The translations under genes and the position numbers were made by a program. Below are positions 1 to 9,977 of a stretch of 64,000 nucleotides of DNA, one piece after another (the first letter of the stretch is position 1; the number at the start of each line of letters is the position of its first letter). Source of the stretch: Candidatus Marinacidobacterales bacterium (GTDB taxonomy: Bacteria > Acidobacteriota > Vicinamibacteria > Marinacidobacterales > SMYC01). Location: the NCBI GenBank assembly GCA_965237955.1, contig OZ250169.1, positions 1,920,001 to 1,984,000 on the forward strand. The letters are read 5' to 3'. The notes below the pieces were generated by a model that was not told the origin of the DNA, made no database searches, and saw nothing but the letters and a program-made list of their open reading frames with translations.

Positions 1-338
1 GTCCGGAAATATCCGTCTTTGGCAAACGGCGAGGTTCTGCCCAAATCGGCCGGAAGGGGAGCGGTTTCGGGATAGCCGGGAATACCAATGCCGCTACACT
101 CGGGTCCCGAGCGGCACAGGTTCGTCACGTCCGAGTAGTATCCGAAGTTCGCGGCGGCGTAAGCTTCCTCGGCTCGGTAGACGGTGCGCGCGTCCGCGAT
201 GGCCTGCGCTTCGTCGGAGGCGACGTCGGCGCGCAGAAGCTTCGGCGCGAGAATCGCTGCTCCTAATGCGATGAACGCGAAAAGGACAATCAGCTCCGCA
301 CGCGTCAGGTAACCCCGTTCTACTGTGTGGCAGTTCAC
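1..338 (-). CDS. type IV pilin-like protein, runs off the left edge (not in the ORF track)
   Basis: Manual translation from GTG338 after a GAGGAG RBS: VNCHTVERG-YLTRAELIVLFAFIALGAAILAPKLLRADVASDEAQAIADARTVYRAEEAYAAANFGYY...KDGYFR, open to position 1. Matches the pilin N-terminal helix pattern (P.LLRA..A..EA.A....RT...AE..Y). Confidence 0.75.
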   Translation of the reverse strand, partial: MNCHTVERGYLTRAELIVLFAFIALGAAILAPKLLRADVASDEAQAIADARTVYRAEEAYAAANFGYYSDVTNLCRSGPECSGIGIPGYPETAPLPADLGRTSPFAKDGYFR

Positions 339-380
339 CGCTTCTCCTCATCGGAAAGGGCCGGGGTTGAGAGGACATAG

Positions 381-397
381 TGCAAGTTCAGTGCCAA
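381..397 (-). promoter_or_regulatory. sigma54 (-24/-12) promoter of the pilin-like gene
   Basis: Minus strand reads TTGGCAC-TGAAC-TTGCA (TGGCAC-N5-TTGC consensus), about 40 nt upstream of GTG338. Confidence 0.75.
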
Positions 398-458
398 TCG
401 GGCGGCGTGGCTAAGTCAAGCTAAACGAGTTGGATACGTCACTCGTGCGCCACAACCG

Positions 459-472
459 TGTCGCCGGCGACA
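459..472. promoter_or_regulatory. perfect 14-bp palindrome, candidate enhancer-binding-protein site
   Basis: TGTCGCCGGCGACA, about 60-75 bp upstream of the sigma54 motif. Confidence 0.45.
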
Positions 473-556
473 ATTTTTTGTAACGCGGGGTGCCGCAATT
501 TGAGGTTGTGCGACCGTATACCTTGTCATGACCGGATACAATGAGACAGGGATTCG

Positions 557-1084
557 GTGGATTTCGTAAAGGTCTTGAAACAACTGTCGGAGTTTCTAGA
601 GGGGCGGAAGTATCCCTATGCCGTCATCGGTGGGGTCGGGCTTGCCGGCTACGGAATGTCGCGGGCGACCGTGGATTTGGATCTCGTGCTCGATGCGAGT
701 GCGCAGCCAGAAATGATCGCGTTTCTCGAATCCCTCGGCTACGAGACGCTTCATCGCTCGACGGGTTATTCGAACCACCGACATGGCGAGCCCGAGATGG
801 GAAGCGTCGACCTGGTTTATGTACGCGACGAAACAAGCCGGAGGGTCTTCGACGCGACTCGTGTTCTCCAAGGGCCGGGAGGTTTGAAGATTCCCATTCC
901 GAGCCCGGAGCATCTGATCGCCATGAAAGTGGTCGCGATGAAGAACGATCCGTCGCGAACGTACCAGGATTTAGCCGACATTCGTTTTCTTCTGACGCTT
1001 AACCACGTGGACCGCGAGCACGTTCGGGCTCAATTTGAAAAACACGGACTTTTGGAGCGCTATCATGAGTTCGAAGCATCCTGA
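557..1084 (+). CDS. nucleotidyltransferase (pol-beta superfamily, DUF6036/AbiEii-like)
   Basis: IGGVG...RATVDLD and LIAMK...R..D..D motifs; GTG start; 175 aa. Confidence 0.8.
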   Translation: MDFVKVLKQLSEFLEGRKYPYAVIGGVGLAGYGMSRATVDLDLVLDASAQPEMIAFLESLGYETLHRSTGYSNHRHGEPEMGSVDLVYVRDETSRRVFDATRVLQGPGGLKIPIPSPEHLIAMKVVAMKNDPSRTYQDLADIRFLLTLNHVDREHVRAQFEKHGLLERYHEFEAS

Positions 1085-1265
1085 ACCACTGGACCTCGAG
1101 AGAGATTTGCCGACCACGCCGGAAGACGTGGCCGCGCTCAAACGGATTCGGGAGCGCCAACGGCTCGGCTTTGCCGACTATCTGGAGTTTCTCTCCCGGC
1201 TCGAGCTTCCGACTCACGGAGTCCGCCGGAAAACGCACAAGGGATACGAGCCGTTCGAGCTCTGA
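1065..1265 (+). CDS. small hypothetical protein (66 aa), possible partner or antitoxin of the nucleotidyltransferase
   Basis: ATG1065 overlaps the upstream stop by 20 nt; DLPTTPEDVAAL...YLEFL...EPFEL. Confidence 0.65.
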   Translation: MSSKHPEPLDLERDLPTTPEDVAALKRIRERQRLGFADYLEFLSRLELPTHGVRRKTHKGYEPFEL

Positions 1266-1295
1266 GCCTCGTCGCGGCGCCGCAATGCTCTTGAG

Positions 1296-1652
1296 CTAGC
1301 GCTCGGCGTCCTTCGTCTCCTCGAGATGCAGCTTGTGCAGCATGCGATGGAGCGCAGGTGCGACCAAGATCGCGGTGAGGGACACGAACAAAAGTCGGGC
1401 GTAAAGAATGAAAACGCCGGCGAATACCCGTGCGCCAGCCGAATCAGCAATGTGGTCGACGTCGTGCTGTCCGAGGACGAGGCACGCACGATGGAAAGCT
1501 TCCGACCAACTCATCTGATAGAAATAAACCATCCCGAGCGTGCCCCCGAGCAAGGACATGCCGACGAGCGCGAGCGTTGCGAGGAACGCGCGCGCCATGC
1601 GGCCGATGAACTGCCGGCGTGCGAGGAGCGGCTCTTTGCGATGCTCGAACAT
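1296..1652 (-). CDS. small 2-TM membrane protein with a potassium-channel-like topology
   Basis: MFEHRKEPLL start; TM1, SWSEAF pore-helix-like segment, TM2; ends HRMLHKLHLE. Confidence 0.7.
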   Translation of the reverse strand: MFEHRKEPLLARRQFIGRMARAFLATLALVGMSLLGGTLGMVYFYQMSWSEAFHRACLVLGQHDVDHIADSAGARVFAGVFILYARLLFVSLTAILVAPALHRMLHKLHLEETKDAER

Positions 1653-1775
1653 GGGGACGCGGAGCACGGAAACGTTCTAGAATCGATCGAACCATATGGA
1701 TGACGAATTGTCGACCGCGGGGTTTTCGGGAGTGCGCTCGACGAAGGCGCGTTGAACGAGGTGAATAGAGCGAAC

Positions 1776-2237
1776 GTGAGAAACACCAAGCGTTCAAAGC
1801 CGACAGTGAGCGTCGGCACGTTTCGTGACGATCCGCTCTGCCAACGAATCGCGCGCACTGTGGAGCAGATACTGGCGCGGGGCAAGGTCGTGGCCCCCGT
1901 CGATGTCCTGATCGGCATGGACTTGCTCACGCCCGAGCGCCTCGAGGATTGGCGTCGCGGACGGGTGCCGTACCTGGAGAAAGTCATCAACTGCAACCTC
2001 AACCGGCTCTCCAAACTCCTGCGAATCCTCCGGTTCCACGCCCACGATCTCAACCTCGTGCCCTCGATCACGGTGTATACACGCTGGAGCAAAGGTCCGA
2101 AGCGGCGGCTGCGATTCACCAAGAATGCCGATCCCAAGCTCGAGGAAGCCTACGCGAGGCACTTCGTGTGGCCCGGCAAGGAGCCGTTCCATCTACCCGC
2201 TCCTCGAGAGAAGAATGTCCCAGCTCTCCCTCGATAG
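1776..2237 (+). CDS. conserved hypothetical basic protein, first gene of the SNF2/SWIM cassette (start uncertain, 1752 or 1776)
   Basis: APVDVL...EDWRRGRVPYLEKVI.CNL...LRFTK..DP..E..Y..H; stop overlaps the SNF2 start. Confidence 0.7.
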   Translation: MRNTKRSKPTVSVGTFRDDPLCQRIARTVEQILARGKVVAPVDVLIGMDLLTPERLEDWRRGRVPYLEKVINCNLNRLSKLLRILRFHAHDLNLVPSITVYTRWSKGPKRRLRFTKNADPKLEEAYARHFVWPGKEPFHLPAPREKNVPALPR

Positions 2238-4950
2238 CGCCCCTGACAAAAGCGGCACCCTCGTTTGCGGATTGACCCCGAGCGGTCACATCGACGTCCA
2301 CCCCGGCTCGCCGGATGAGGACGAGGGCCCCAGCCTGTCCACCGCAGTTGAACGGCGCATTGTCGATGCGTTCAACGTCGGGCGCGGGCATGGAGTGCTG
2401 CACCTCGGCGCGGGCGAGCTGAGCACCGACCTTCACCCGACCCTTTCGTATTGGCGCGACATCGGGCGGTCCTTCGTGGCCGGAGTCTGCGGTGCGCTGG
2501 ACCCGCCCGACCCGAAATCCTTGGTCATCCCCGCCCTCGCCCCGGACGAGCTCGCGGTTTTCTGCGAGGCGACGCCTCCCATGCAGGGCGCCGAGCTGGT
2601 CACGGCCGCGCTGCTTGGCGACCTGTGGTCCGACATCGGCGAGGCGCTGGCGGCCGAAGCAGCGCGGTACGAGGACGGGGTCCAGGGCTATCTGAAGAAT
2701 CAGAGCTCGGTCTGGAACGTGGTCGGACGGGTCTGCTTTCATCTGGCCGAGAACAAGCGCGACCTTTCGTTTCCCTTCGCCTTCATCGCGACTTACGTGC
2801 ACAAGGTCTCGAGCCAGGCCAAGCTCCAGTATCTGCCGCTCGGGCGTGCGCTCGAAGACTACGCCGGGGCGAAGAACCGCCAGAAGTTGCTCGCGCTGCT
2901 CTCTCCACTGTCGCGCGCGTCTGAGCGGAGCGAATTCGTCCGCGAGCTGGTCGACTCCGGCGATATCTACCACCCGATGTCCTGGACACCCAAGGAGGCC
3001 CACCGTTTCCTGTGCGAGGTCGCGCTCTACGAGCAAGCCGGTCTGGTCGTACGCATGCCCGAGGGGTGGAACAAAAAGAGTCGTCCCCGCCCCAAGGTCT
3101 CCGTGTCGGTGGGCGGCAAGGCGCCGTCGACGTTGGGCATGGACGCCCTCTTGGACTTCGACGTGAAGCTGACCCTCGATGGCAAGAGCCTGTCACCGAA
3201 GGAAATGGACGCGTTGCTCGCATCCACCGAGGGCCTGGTCTTGATCAAGGGCAAGTGGGTCGAGGTGGACAAGGACAAGCTCGCCGAAGTCCTCGCTCAG
3301 TGGCGCGACGTGCAGAAGCAAGCCCGGGCGGGCGGAGTGAGCTTTGGCGAGGCCATGCGCATGCTGGCTGGCGCCGAGCTCGATTCCGGCGAGTCGGACC
3401 GCGCCGAGGACGCCCGGCCGGAATGGTCGGAGGTCATCGCCGGAAAATGGCTTGCGTCACGGCTCGACGCGCTGCGCTCGCCCGAGCTACGGGCGGAGAT
3501 CGAGGCGGACGCTGGCTTGCGGGGCGAGCTCCGACCCTACCAGAAGCTCGGTGTGCAGTGGCTTTGGACCCTGCGCGGTCTGGAGCTTGGCGGCTGCCTG
3601 GCCGACGACATGGGCCTCGGCAAGACTATCCAGGTGCTCGGCGTGCTGTCTCTGAGTCGGCGCAAAAAAGAGAAGGGCACAGCCCTCTTGGTGGTGCCGG
3701 CCTCGCTCCTCGACAACTGGCGCCTGGAGTTCGAGCGTTTCGCCCCAGAGCTCGAGGTGCTCATCGCCCACCCGTCGCGCATCCCGCCGCCAGAGCTCAA
3801 GAAGCTACCATTGAAGAAGGTGGAGACTCACGACGCGGTGATCACCACCTACGGCACCGCGATGCGCACCGAGTGGATAAAGTCCCATGTGTGGCGGTAC
3901 GTGATCCTGGACGAGGCCCAGGCCATCAAGAATCCTGGTGCCAAGCAGACCAAGGCGGTCAAGGCGTTGAACGCGAGGTGGCGCGTGGCTCTGACCGGCA
4001 CGCCGGTGGAGAACCGGCTCGGCGACCTGTGGTCGATCTTCGACTTCCTGAACCCGGGGCTTCTGGGCTCGGCCCAGGCTTTCTCCCGCCTGTCGAAGTC
4101 CATGGCGTCGAGTGGCTACGCGCCGCTGCGCAGACTGGTGCAGCCCTACATTTTGAGAAGGCTCAAGACCGACAAGAGGGTCATTTCCGATTTGCCCGAC
4201 AAGACCGAGGTCAATGCTTACTGCTTGCTGAGCAAGCGTCAAGCTGTCCTGTACGAGCAGTCGGTCGATGAGATGAAAAAGGCCCTCGCGGAGCTCGAAG
4301 GCATCGAGCGGCGCGGTGTGGTCCTGGCCTTTCTGATGCGCTTCAAGCAGATCTGCAACCACCCGTCCCAGTGGCTCGGCGACGGAAGCTACGAGGCCGA
4401 AGACAGCGGCAAGCTCTCGCGGCTCGGTGAGCTCGGCGAGTCTATCGCTGCGCGGCAGGACAAGGTGCTCGTGTTTACCCAGTTTCGCGAGATGACGGAG
4501 CCGCTGGCTTCTTTTCTGGCCGAGGTCTTTGGCAGGAGCGGCCTCGTGCTCCACGGGGGCACACCGGTCAAGAAGCGCCAGGGGATGGTCGAGCGCTTTC
4601 AAGAGGACGATCGAGTGCCGTTCATGGTGGCTTCGCTGAAGGCGGGAGGCATCGGGCTCAACCTGACCGCCGCGTCGCATGTGATCCACTTCGATCGGTG
4701 GTGGAACCCGGCGGTCGAGAACCAGGCCACGGACCGGGCCTTTCGCATCGGCCAAAAGAAGAACGTGCTCGTTCACAAGTTCGTCTGCCGGGGTACGGTG
4801 GAGGAGCGCATCGACGAGCTGATCGCCAGCAAACAGAAGCTCTCCGACGAGATCCTGTCTGGCGGCGCGGAGTCGGCCTTGACCGAGATGAGCAACGAGG
4901 AGTTGATCTCGATGGTGTCGCTCGACCTGAATAGCGCCGTGGAGCGATAG
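2215..4950 (+). CDS. SNF2-family helicase/ATPase (YwqA/HelZ-like)
   Basis: LRPYQ, LADDMGLGKT, LDEAQ, LTGTPVEN, SLKAGGIGLNLT, DRWWNPAVENQATDRAFRIGQ motifs; ATG2215 preferred over 2125. Confidence 0.95.
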   Translation: MSQLSLDSAPDKSGTLVCGLTPSGHIDVHPGSPDEDEGPSLSTAVERRIVDAFNVGRGHGVLHLGAGELSTDLHPTLSYWRDIGRSFVAGVCGALDPPDPKSLVIPALAPDELAVFCEATPPMQGAELVTAALLGDLWSDIGEALAAEAARYEDGVQGYLKNQSSVWNVVGRVCFHLAENKRDLSFPFAFIATYVHKVSSQAKLQYLPLGRALEDYAGAKNRQKLLALLSPLSRASERSEFVRELVDSGDIYHPMSWTPKEAHRFLCEVALYEQAGLVVRMPEGWNKKSRPRPKVSVSVGGKAPSTLGMDALLDFDVKLTLDGKSLSPKEMDALLASTEGLVLIKGKWVEVDKDKLAEVLAQWRDVQKQARAGGVSFGEAMRMLAGAELDSGESDRAEDARPEWSEVIAGKWLASRLDALRSPELRAEIEADAGLRGELRPYQKLGVQWLWTLRGLELGGCLADDMGLGKTIQVLGVLSLSRRKKEKGTALLVVPASLLDNWRLEFERFAPELEVLIAHPSRIPPPELKKLPLKKVETHDAVITTYGTAMRTEWIKSHVWRYVILDEAQAIKNPGAKQTKAVKALNARWRVALTGTPVENRLGDLWSIFDFLNPGLLGSAQAFSRLSKSMASSGYAPLRRLVQPYILRRLKTDKRVISDLPDKTEVNAYCLLSKRQAVLYEQSVDEMKKALAELEGIERRGVVLAFLMRFKQICNHPSQWLGDGSYEAEDSGKLSRLGELGESIAARQDKVLVFTQFREMTEPLASFLAEVFGRSGLVLHGGTPVKKRQGMVERFQEDDRVPFMVASLKAGGIGLNLTAASHVIHFDRWWNPAVENQATDRAFRIGQKKNVLVHKFVCRGTVEERIDELIASKQKLSDEILSGGAESALTEMSNEELISMVSLDLNSAVER

Positions 4951-4953
4951 CTC

Positions 4954-5766
4954 ATGGGCTGGTACTCGGACGACGATTGGGACGACGACTGGCGACCCTA
5001 TGTTTCAGTGGCCGAGCGCCGCCGCAAGGCCGCGAAGAGGCTCGCCAAGATGAAAAAGGCCGGTCGCCAGATCTCGCCGGTCGAGATTGCGGGCCGCAAG
5101 ATCGCGCTCACCTTCTGGGGCGACGCCTGGTGCAAGAACCTCGAGTCCTACAGTGACTACTCGAACCGCCTGCCTCGCGGCCGGACCTACGTGCGCAACG
5201 GCTCGGTGATCGATCTGCATATCGGGGCCGGACGTGCGCGCTCTCTCGTCAGCGGGACGGACATCTACGAGGTGGACATCGAGATCCAGCCCCTCGCCGA
5301 GCAGCGGTGGACCGGCATCAAGGGCCAATGCGCGGGCCAGATCGACTCGCTGGTCGAGCTGCTGCAGGGCTCCATCTCCGAGGGCGTGATGCAGATCGTG
5401 ACCCGCAAGGGAGAGGGACTGTTCCCATCACCCCGAGAGATCTCGCTGAGCTGCTCGTGCCCCGACTGGGCGATCCTGTGCAAGCACGTGGCGGCGACGC
5501 TCTACGGCGTGGGCGCGCGCCTCGACCACGAGCCGAAGATGCTGTTCACCTTACGAGGTGTCGACCCCGCCGAGATGGTGGAGGCGGCTTTTGACCGACC
5601 ACCGAGCGGAGACAAGGCCCGGAGTAGCAGGATGCTCCCATCGGACGCGCTGTCATCGGTCTTCGGCGTCGATATCGATATGGGTGGGGTCTCTCCGGGG
5701 CTGAAGAAAGCGGCTGAGGCGAAGAAACGGACCGCGACACGAACCACCAGGCAGAGGAAGAAATAG
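4954..5766 (+). CDS. SWIM zinc-finger protein (YwqB-like)
   Basis: NRLPRGRTYVRNG and CSCPD...CKH SWIM motif; 3 nt after the SNF2 stop. Confidence 0.92.
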   Translation: MGWYSDDDWDDDWRPYVSVAERRRKAAKRLAKMKKAGRQISPVEIAGRKIALTFWGDAWCKNLESYSDYSNRLPRGRTYVRNGSVIDLHIGAGRARSLVSGTDIYEVDIEIQPLAEQRWTGIKGQCAGQIDSLVELLQGSISEGVMQIVTRKGEGLFPSPREISLSCSCPDWAILCKHVAATLYGVGARLDHEPKMLFTLRGVDPAEMVEAAFDRPPSGDKARSSRMLPSDALSSVFGVDIDMGGVSPGLKKAAEAKKRTATRTTRQRKK

Positions 5767-5842
5767 AAACCTATCACCTTGACAAGACGTTTTTTTTGGC
5801 GTGTGATGGAATGAACACGATTGCCAACTTCATCTGCTCACT

Positions 5843-7414
5843 ATGGTCGAGATAAACCACGCCGAGAGGTCCATGCGGGCCAAAATCGTCTACTACGGTC
5901 CCGCCACGGGCGGCAAGACGACGAACCTTCAGGTCATTCATAGCCGTTCCAAGCAAGAGAAGGACCTAGACCTTTTCTCAGTCGACACCTCACAGAACCG
6001 CACGATTCTGTTCGACCTTCTTCCGATGAGCACTCCCGCCTTTCGAAACTACCAGCTTCGATTTCAGATTCTGGGGGTGCCCGGCCAGAAGCTCTACGCC
6101 ACGACTCGGAAGATGCTGTTGAAAAACGCCGATTCGGTCGTCTTCGTCGCCAATTCCGCCGCCGACCGGTGGGATGAATCCATCGAAAGCTACAAAGAAA
6201 TGTCGGGTTTTCTCCTCGAGCAGGGCATCGATCCGACGATCGTCCCCATGGTGTTCCAGTACAACAAGCGAGACTTGGGCGACACGGTCGACATACAAGT
6301 GATGGAACGGGCGCTGAACTCTCGCGGGGCGGCGCACTTTCCGGCGGTCGCCAGTCAGGAAACGGGGGTCCTCGAGACCTTCGCCTCGGCGCTCAAAGCC
6401 ACCATGTCCGATCTCGCGAAAAGATACCGGATTGCGTCTGAGCTCACGAGCGCCCAGAGCATCGACGAGTGGGCGGAACAAACGATGCTCTTCACGTTCG
6501 GCGTGTTGAGGTTCGATGACGGTTCCGACTATGTGTCCGCGGAACCCTCGCAACCGCCTGCGGCGGCAGCCGAGCCGAAAGTCGTTCGTGTCCGGACGCC
6601 TTCCAAGAAGCGCAAGGATTTGCCGGCATCGCCCGCTCGGACGACTGGAGCGCGCGCGGACACCCCCGGCCTCGGCAGTCCTCCGTCCCTCCAGAACCCT
6701 CCGAACCACCCGAACCCTCCGGACGTCACGGCGGCCGCGACGGGCGGAGCAGACATGGCTTTGGACACCCTCTCGGCCGCCAGCGAGGTTCAGGATGCTT
6801 TTTCGGCGCAGGCCATGGTGGATAGCTACGCCGAGGCCGCGGTGGGGTTAGCCGATCACATCAGCGAGCTCCGGGAGGCGAAGGACTCGCTCGCCCGGCG
6901 CGGCGCGGACTTCTCTGTCGTGTCCGATACCGTGAGAGCTATCTTGAGCACCGCGACCACCGATGCCCTCCCTCAGCTCGAGGAAATGATACAAAGCCTC
7001 GCGGCCAACTGGGAGGCGTCGCACGCCGCGCTATACATCACGACGTCGGACGGCACGCTGGAGAAGTTGGTAAGCCACGCGCTCGAGATCGATCCTTTGA
7101 TAAGTGCGGTCGATCCCAATGGGGCCTCGGACGGTGTCTCCATCCAGAACGCCGGCAAGAGGGTCGTTCAGATGCGCGGCGAAGAAGGGCCGCTCACGAA
7201 AACCATCAAGCGCGTGGGGCCCGAATGCGTCGCCTCGGCCGCGTTCCCGCTGGGCACACCCAACCGCCGTATAGGTCTCCTCCTCTTCTGTTTCTCGCAG
7301 GGCGCCGCCGCGCTGAACCTGTCCGAATCGGAGCACCTGGACCGAGTAGCGTTCGAGCTGTCTCTCGGGCTCCACGTCCTCTCCGATCTCCGTGGCGCCT
7401 TCTGGGAATCATGA
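5843..7414 (+). CDS. MglA-like small GTPase fused to a Pro-rich linker, coiled coil and GAF-like domain
   Basis: KIVYYGPATGGKTTNL (G1), RTILFDLLP, VPGQ (G3), QYNKRD (G4); C-terminal AAFPL...IGLLLF...HLDRVAFELSLGL GAF-like pattern. Confidence 0.8.
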   Translation: MVEINHAERSMRAKIVYYGPATGGKTTNLQVIHSRSKQEKDLDLFSVDTSQNRTILFDLLPMSTPAFRNYQLRFQILGVPGQKLYATTRKMLLKNADSVVFVANSAADRWDESIESYKEMSGFLLEQGIDPTIVPMVFQYNKRDLGDTVDIQVMERALNSRGAAHFPAVASQETGVLETFASALKATMSDLAKRYRIASELTSAQSIDEWAEQTMLFTFGVLRFDDGSDYVSAEPSQPPAAAAEPKVVRVRTPSKKRKDLPASPARTTGARADTPGLGSPPSLQNPPNHPNPPDVTAAATGGADMALDTLSAASEVQDAFSAQAMVDSYAEAAVGLADHISELREAKDSLARRGADFSVVSDTVRAILSTATTDALPQLEEMIQSLAANWEASHAALYITTSDGTLEKLVSHALEIDPLISAVDPNGASDGVSIQNAGKRVVQMRGEEGPLTKTIKRVGPECVASAAFPLGTPNRRIGLLLFCFSQGAAALNLSESEHLDRVAFELSLGLHVLSDLRGAFWES

Positions 7415-7516
7415 GACCCGCGGCGACATTGCCCGAGGCTCGAGAAATGAAGCCGTAGCGCTTGAGGACGAAAAATTCGGGCCTGCCTCCCAACGAAGAA
7501 ACCACCTAGAGCCGGG

Positions 7517-7609
7517 TCACCTCGGTATTCCCGGCTTGGTGTCTTCGGCCAGATAGACATCACCCATCCCGCCCGAGCCAACCTTCTCCAAGATCTTGTA
7601 GTGCCCGAG
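7517..7609 (-). pseudogene. fragment of a Hanks-type Ser/Thr kinase N-lobe
   Basis: Manual translation [30 protein letters not shown]: Gly-rich loop only, no start codon, no catalytic core. Confidence 0.75.
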
Positions 7610-7610
7610 G

Positions 7611-8637
<1,027 letters not shown>

Positions 8638-8660
8638 GAAGAACCGCCCTGTGGACGCTG

Positions 8661-8700
8661 CAAAAAGAAAAAACCCTCCCCTCCACGAGGGAGGAGAGGG
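8661..8700 (-). terminator. intrinsic terminator of the signalling operon
   Basis: Minus strand CCCTCTCCTCC-loop-GGAGGGGAGGG followed by TTTTTTCTTTTT, about 27 nt after the stop at 8727. Confidence 0.7.
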
Positions 8701-8726
8701 CCGCCTCTAAAGCGAGGCGAAGTTGT

Positions 8727-9881
8727 TTACCGCAGCGCCATCGGGTAGATGAAATGCGCGGTGTGCGACCAGGCACTCTCGTAGCCATCGGCATCGAGAG
8801 TCGAGACACGCCAGAAGTACGTGCCGGGATCGAGGTCTGAGAGGTCGAGGCTCTGGACTTGCGCGGAAGTACCGGCAATCCAGGTCGCGTCGACGAGTTG
8901 CTTGAACTCGGCGTCAGCGGAAACCTCGAGGTGATAACGAGCGGCATTCGCCACCGTGGCCCACGCGAAGTTGTAGTTCGCGAGATCGCCCGCGAGAACC
9001 TGTCGGTCCTCAGGAGTGATCAGCTGAGCTGGAGAGGCGGGCAGCTGGTGAGGCTGGTCGGGCATGGCGCCCTGAGCGCTCACGAGCGAGCCGAAGTCAC
9101 CGTCCACGGAAACGTTCTGTTCGGTGTCACCAAAGTCGACACGGCCCTCGAGGACCTCTAGACGGGTCGCGCCTTCGGGCTCGACCTTCACGCGGAACTC
9201 GGTGCCGCGGATGAAGGACGTGGCCGTGGGCGTGGAGATCTCGAAGCGGGAGTCCCGCTGCGCGAGCTTCTTGACCCGAGCGAGGATGGAGCCCTGATCG
9301 AGCTTGAGCTTGGTCGTGCGGACTTCGCCGCGAGCCGTTTTGGCTTGACCGTTGGACTCGAAGAGGATCTTGGTGTTCGGACGCAACACGATGACGGTTC
9401 CATCATCCTGCTTGATCTCGACGGACGACTTGGCGCGCGTGCGAATCCAATCGCCTTCCTGGACGAGCAAATCGTCCACGACCTTGACCCATTTCCAGTC
9501 GAAGTTGCGAGCGATCTCGACACGGCCACTGAACTTGGTGACCTTGGCCGGGATCATTCCCGCTTTGAGCATATCCTTTGGAACCTTGACGGCAACTCCC
9601 TGTTGCAGGAGATTATGCTCGGTGATTTGACGCCACTCGTCGGCGCTACGCAGATACTTCTGGTAGACCTTGAGCGGAGTCGTGTCCTTGTCCGTCATGA
9701 CCACCACATAATCCTCGCCGGAGCTGTCGGACGTAGCCGCCATCTCCTTGGGAGAGTCGATCTTCGTGGCAGGTGTCGGTTTCTTTTCCTGCTCCTCAGA
9801 ACGCCCCCCATCAAATGTAGCGAGGTTTACAGCGATGGACATGGCAAACGCGAAGGTCAGGACCTTCTTCCAATTGTTCAT
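8727..9881 (-). CDS. exported LysM-like/FecR/Fn3-domain protein
   Basis: ATG9881 after AAGGAGG; signal peptide; degenerate LysM; FecR motifs EGDWIRT, FEISTPTATSFIRGTEFRV, LEVLEGRV; C-terminal PGTYFWRVS Ig/Fn3. Confidence 0.85.
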   Translation of the reverse strand: MNNWKKVLTFAFAMSIAVNLATFDGGRSEEQEKKPTPATKIDSPKEMAATSDSSGEDYVVVMTDKDTTPLKVYQKYLRSADEWRQITEHNLLQQGVAVKVPKDMLKAGMIPAKVTKFSGRVEIARNFDWKWVKVVDDLLVQEGDWIRTRAKSSVEIKQDDGTVIVLRPNTKILFESNGQAKTARGEVRTTKLKLDQGSILARVKKLAQRDSRFEISTPTATSFIRGTEFRVKVEPEGATRLEVLEGRVDFGDTEQNVSVDGDFGSLVSAQGAMPDQPHQLPASPAQLITPEDRQVLAGDLANYNFAWATVANAARYHLEVSADAEFKQLVDATWIAGTSAQVQSLDLSDLDPGTYFWRVSTLDADGYESAWSHTAHFIYPMALR

Positions 9882-9977
9882 CGTGTTTACCCTCCTTGTG
9901 GAACGAAGCGTGAGCTCGTGAAGCCCACTGATTTGGTCGAGGAAACCGTTAAACTCATTCATCATGAGTGCTAAACC

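Noticed and set aside
94-378. 94-aa minus-strand ORF and other Arg/Ser/Pro-rich overlapping ORFs throughout
   Set aside because: Alternate-frame artefacts of high GC; here the pilin-like frame is the coherent one.
5779-5807. sigma70 promoter for the MglA-like gene
   Set aside because: TTGACA is present, but the -10 (TGTGAT) is too weak to call.
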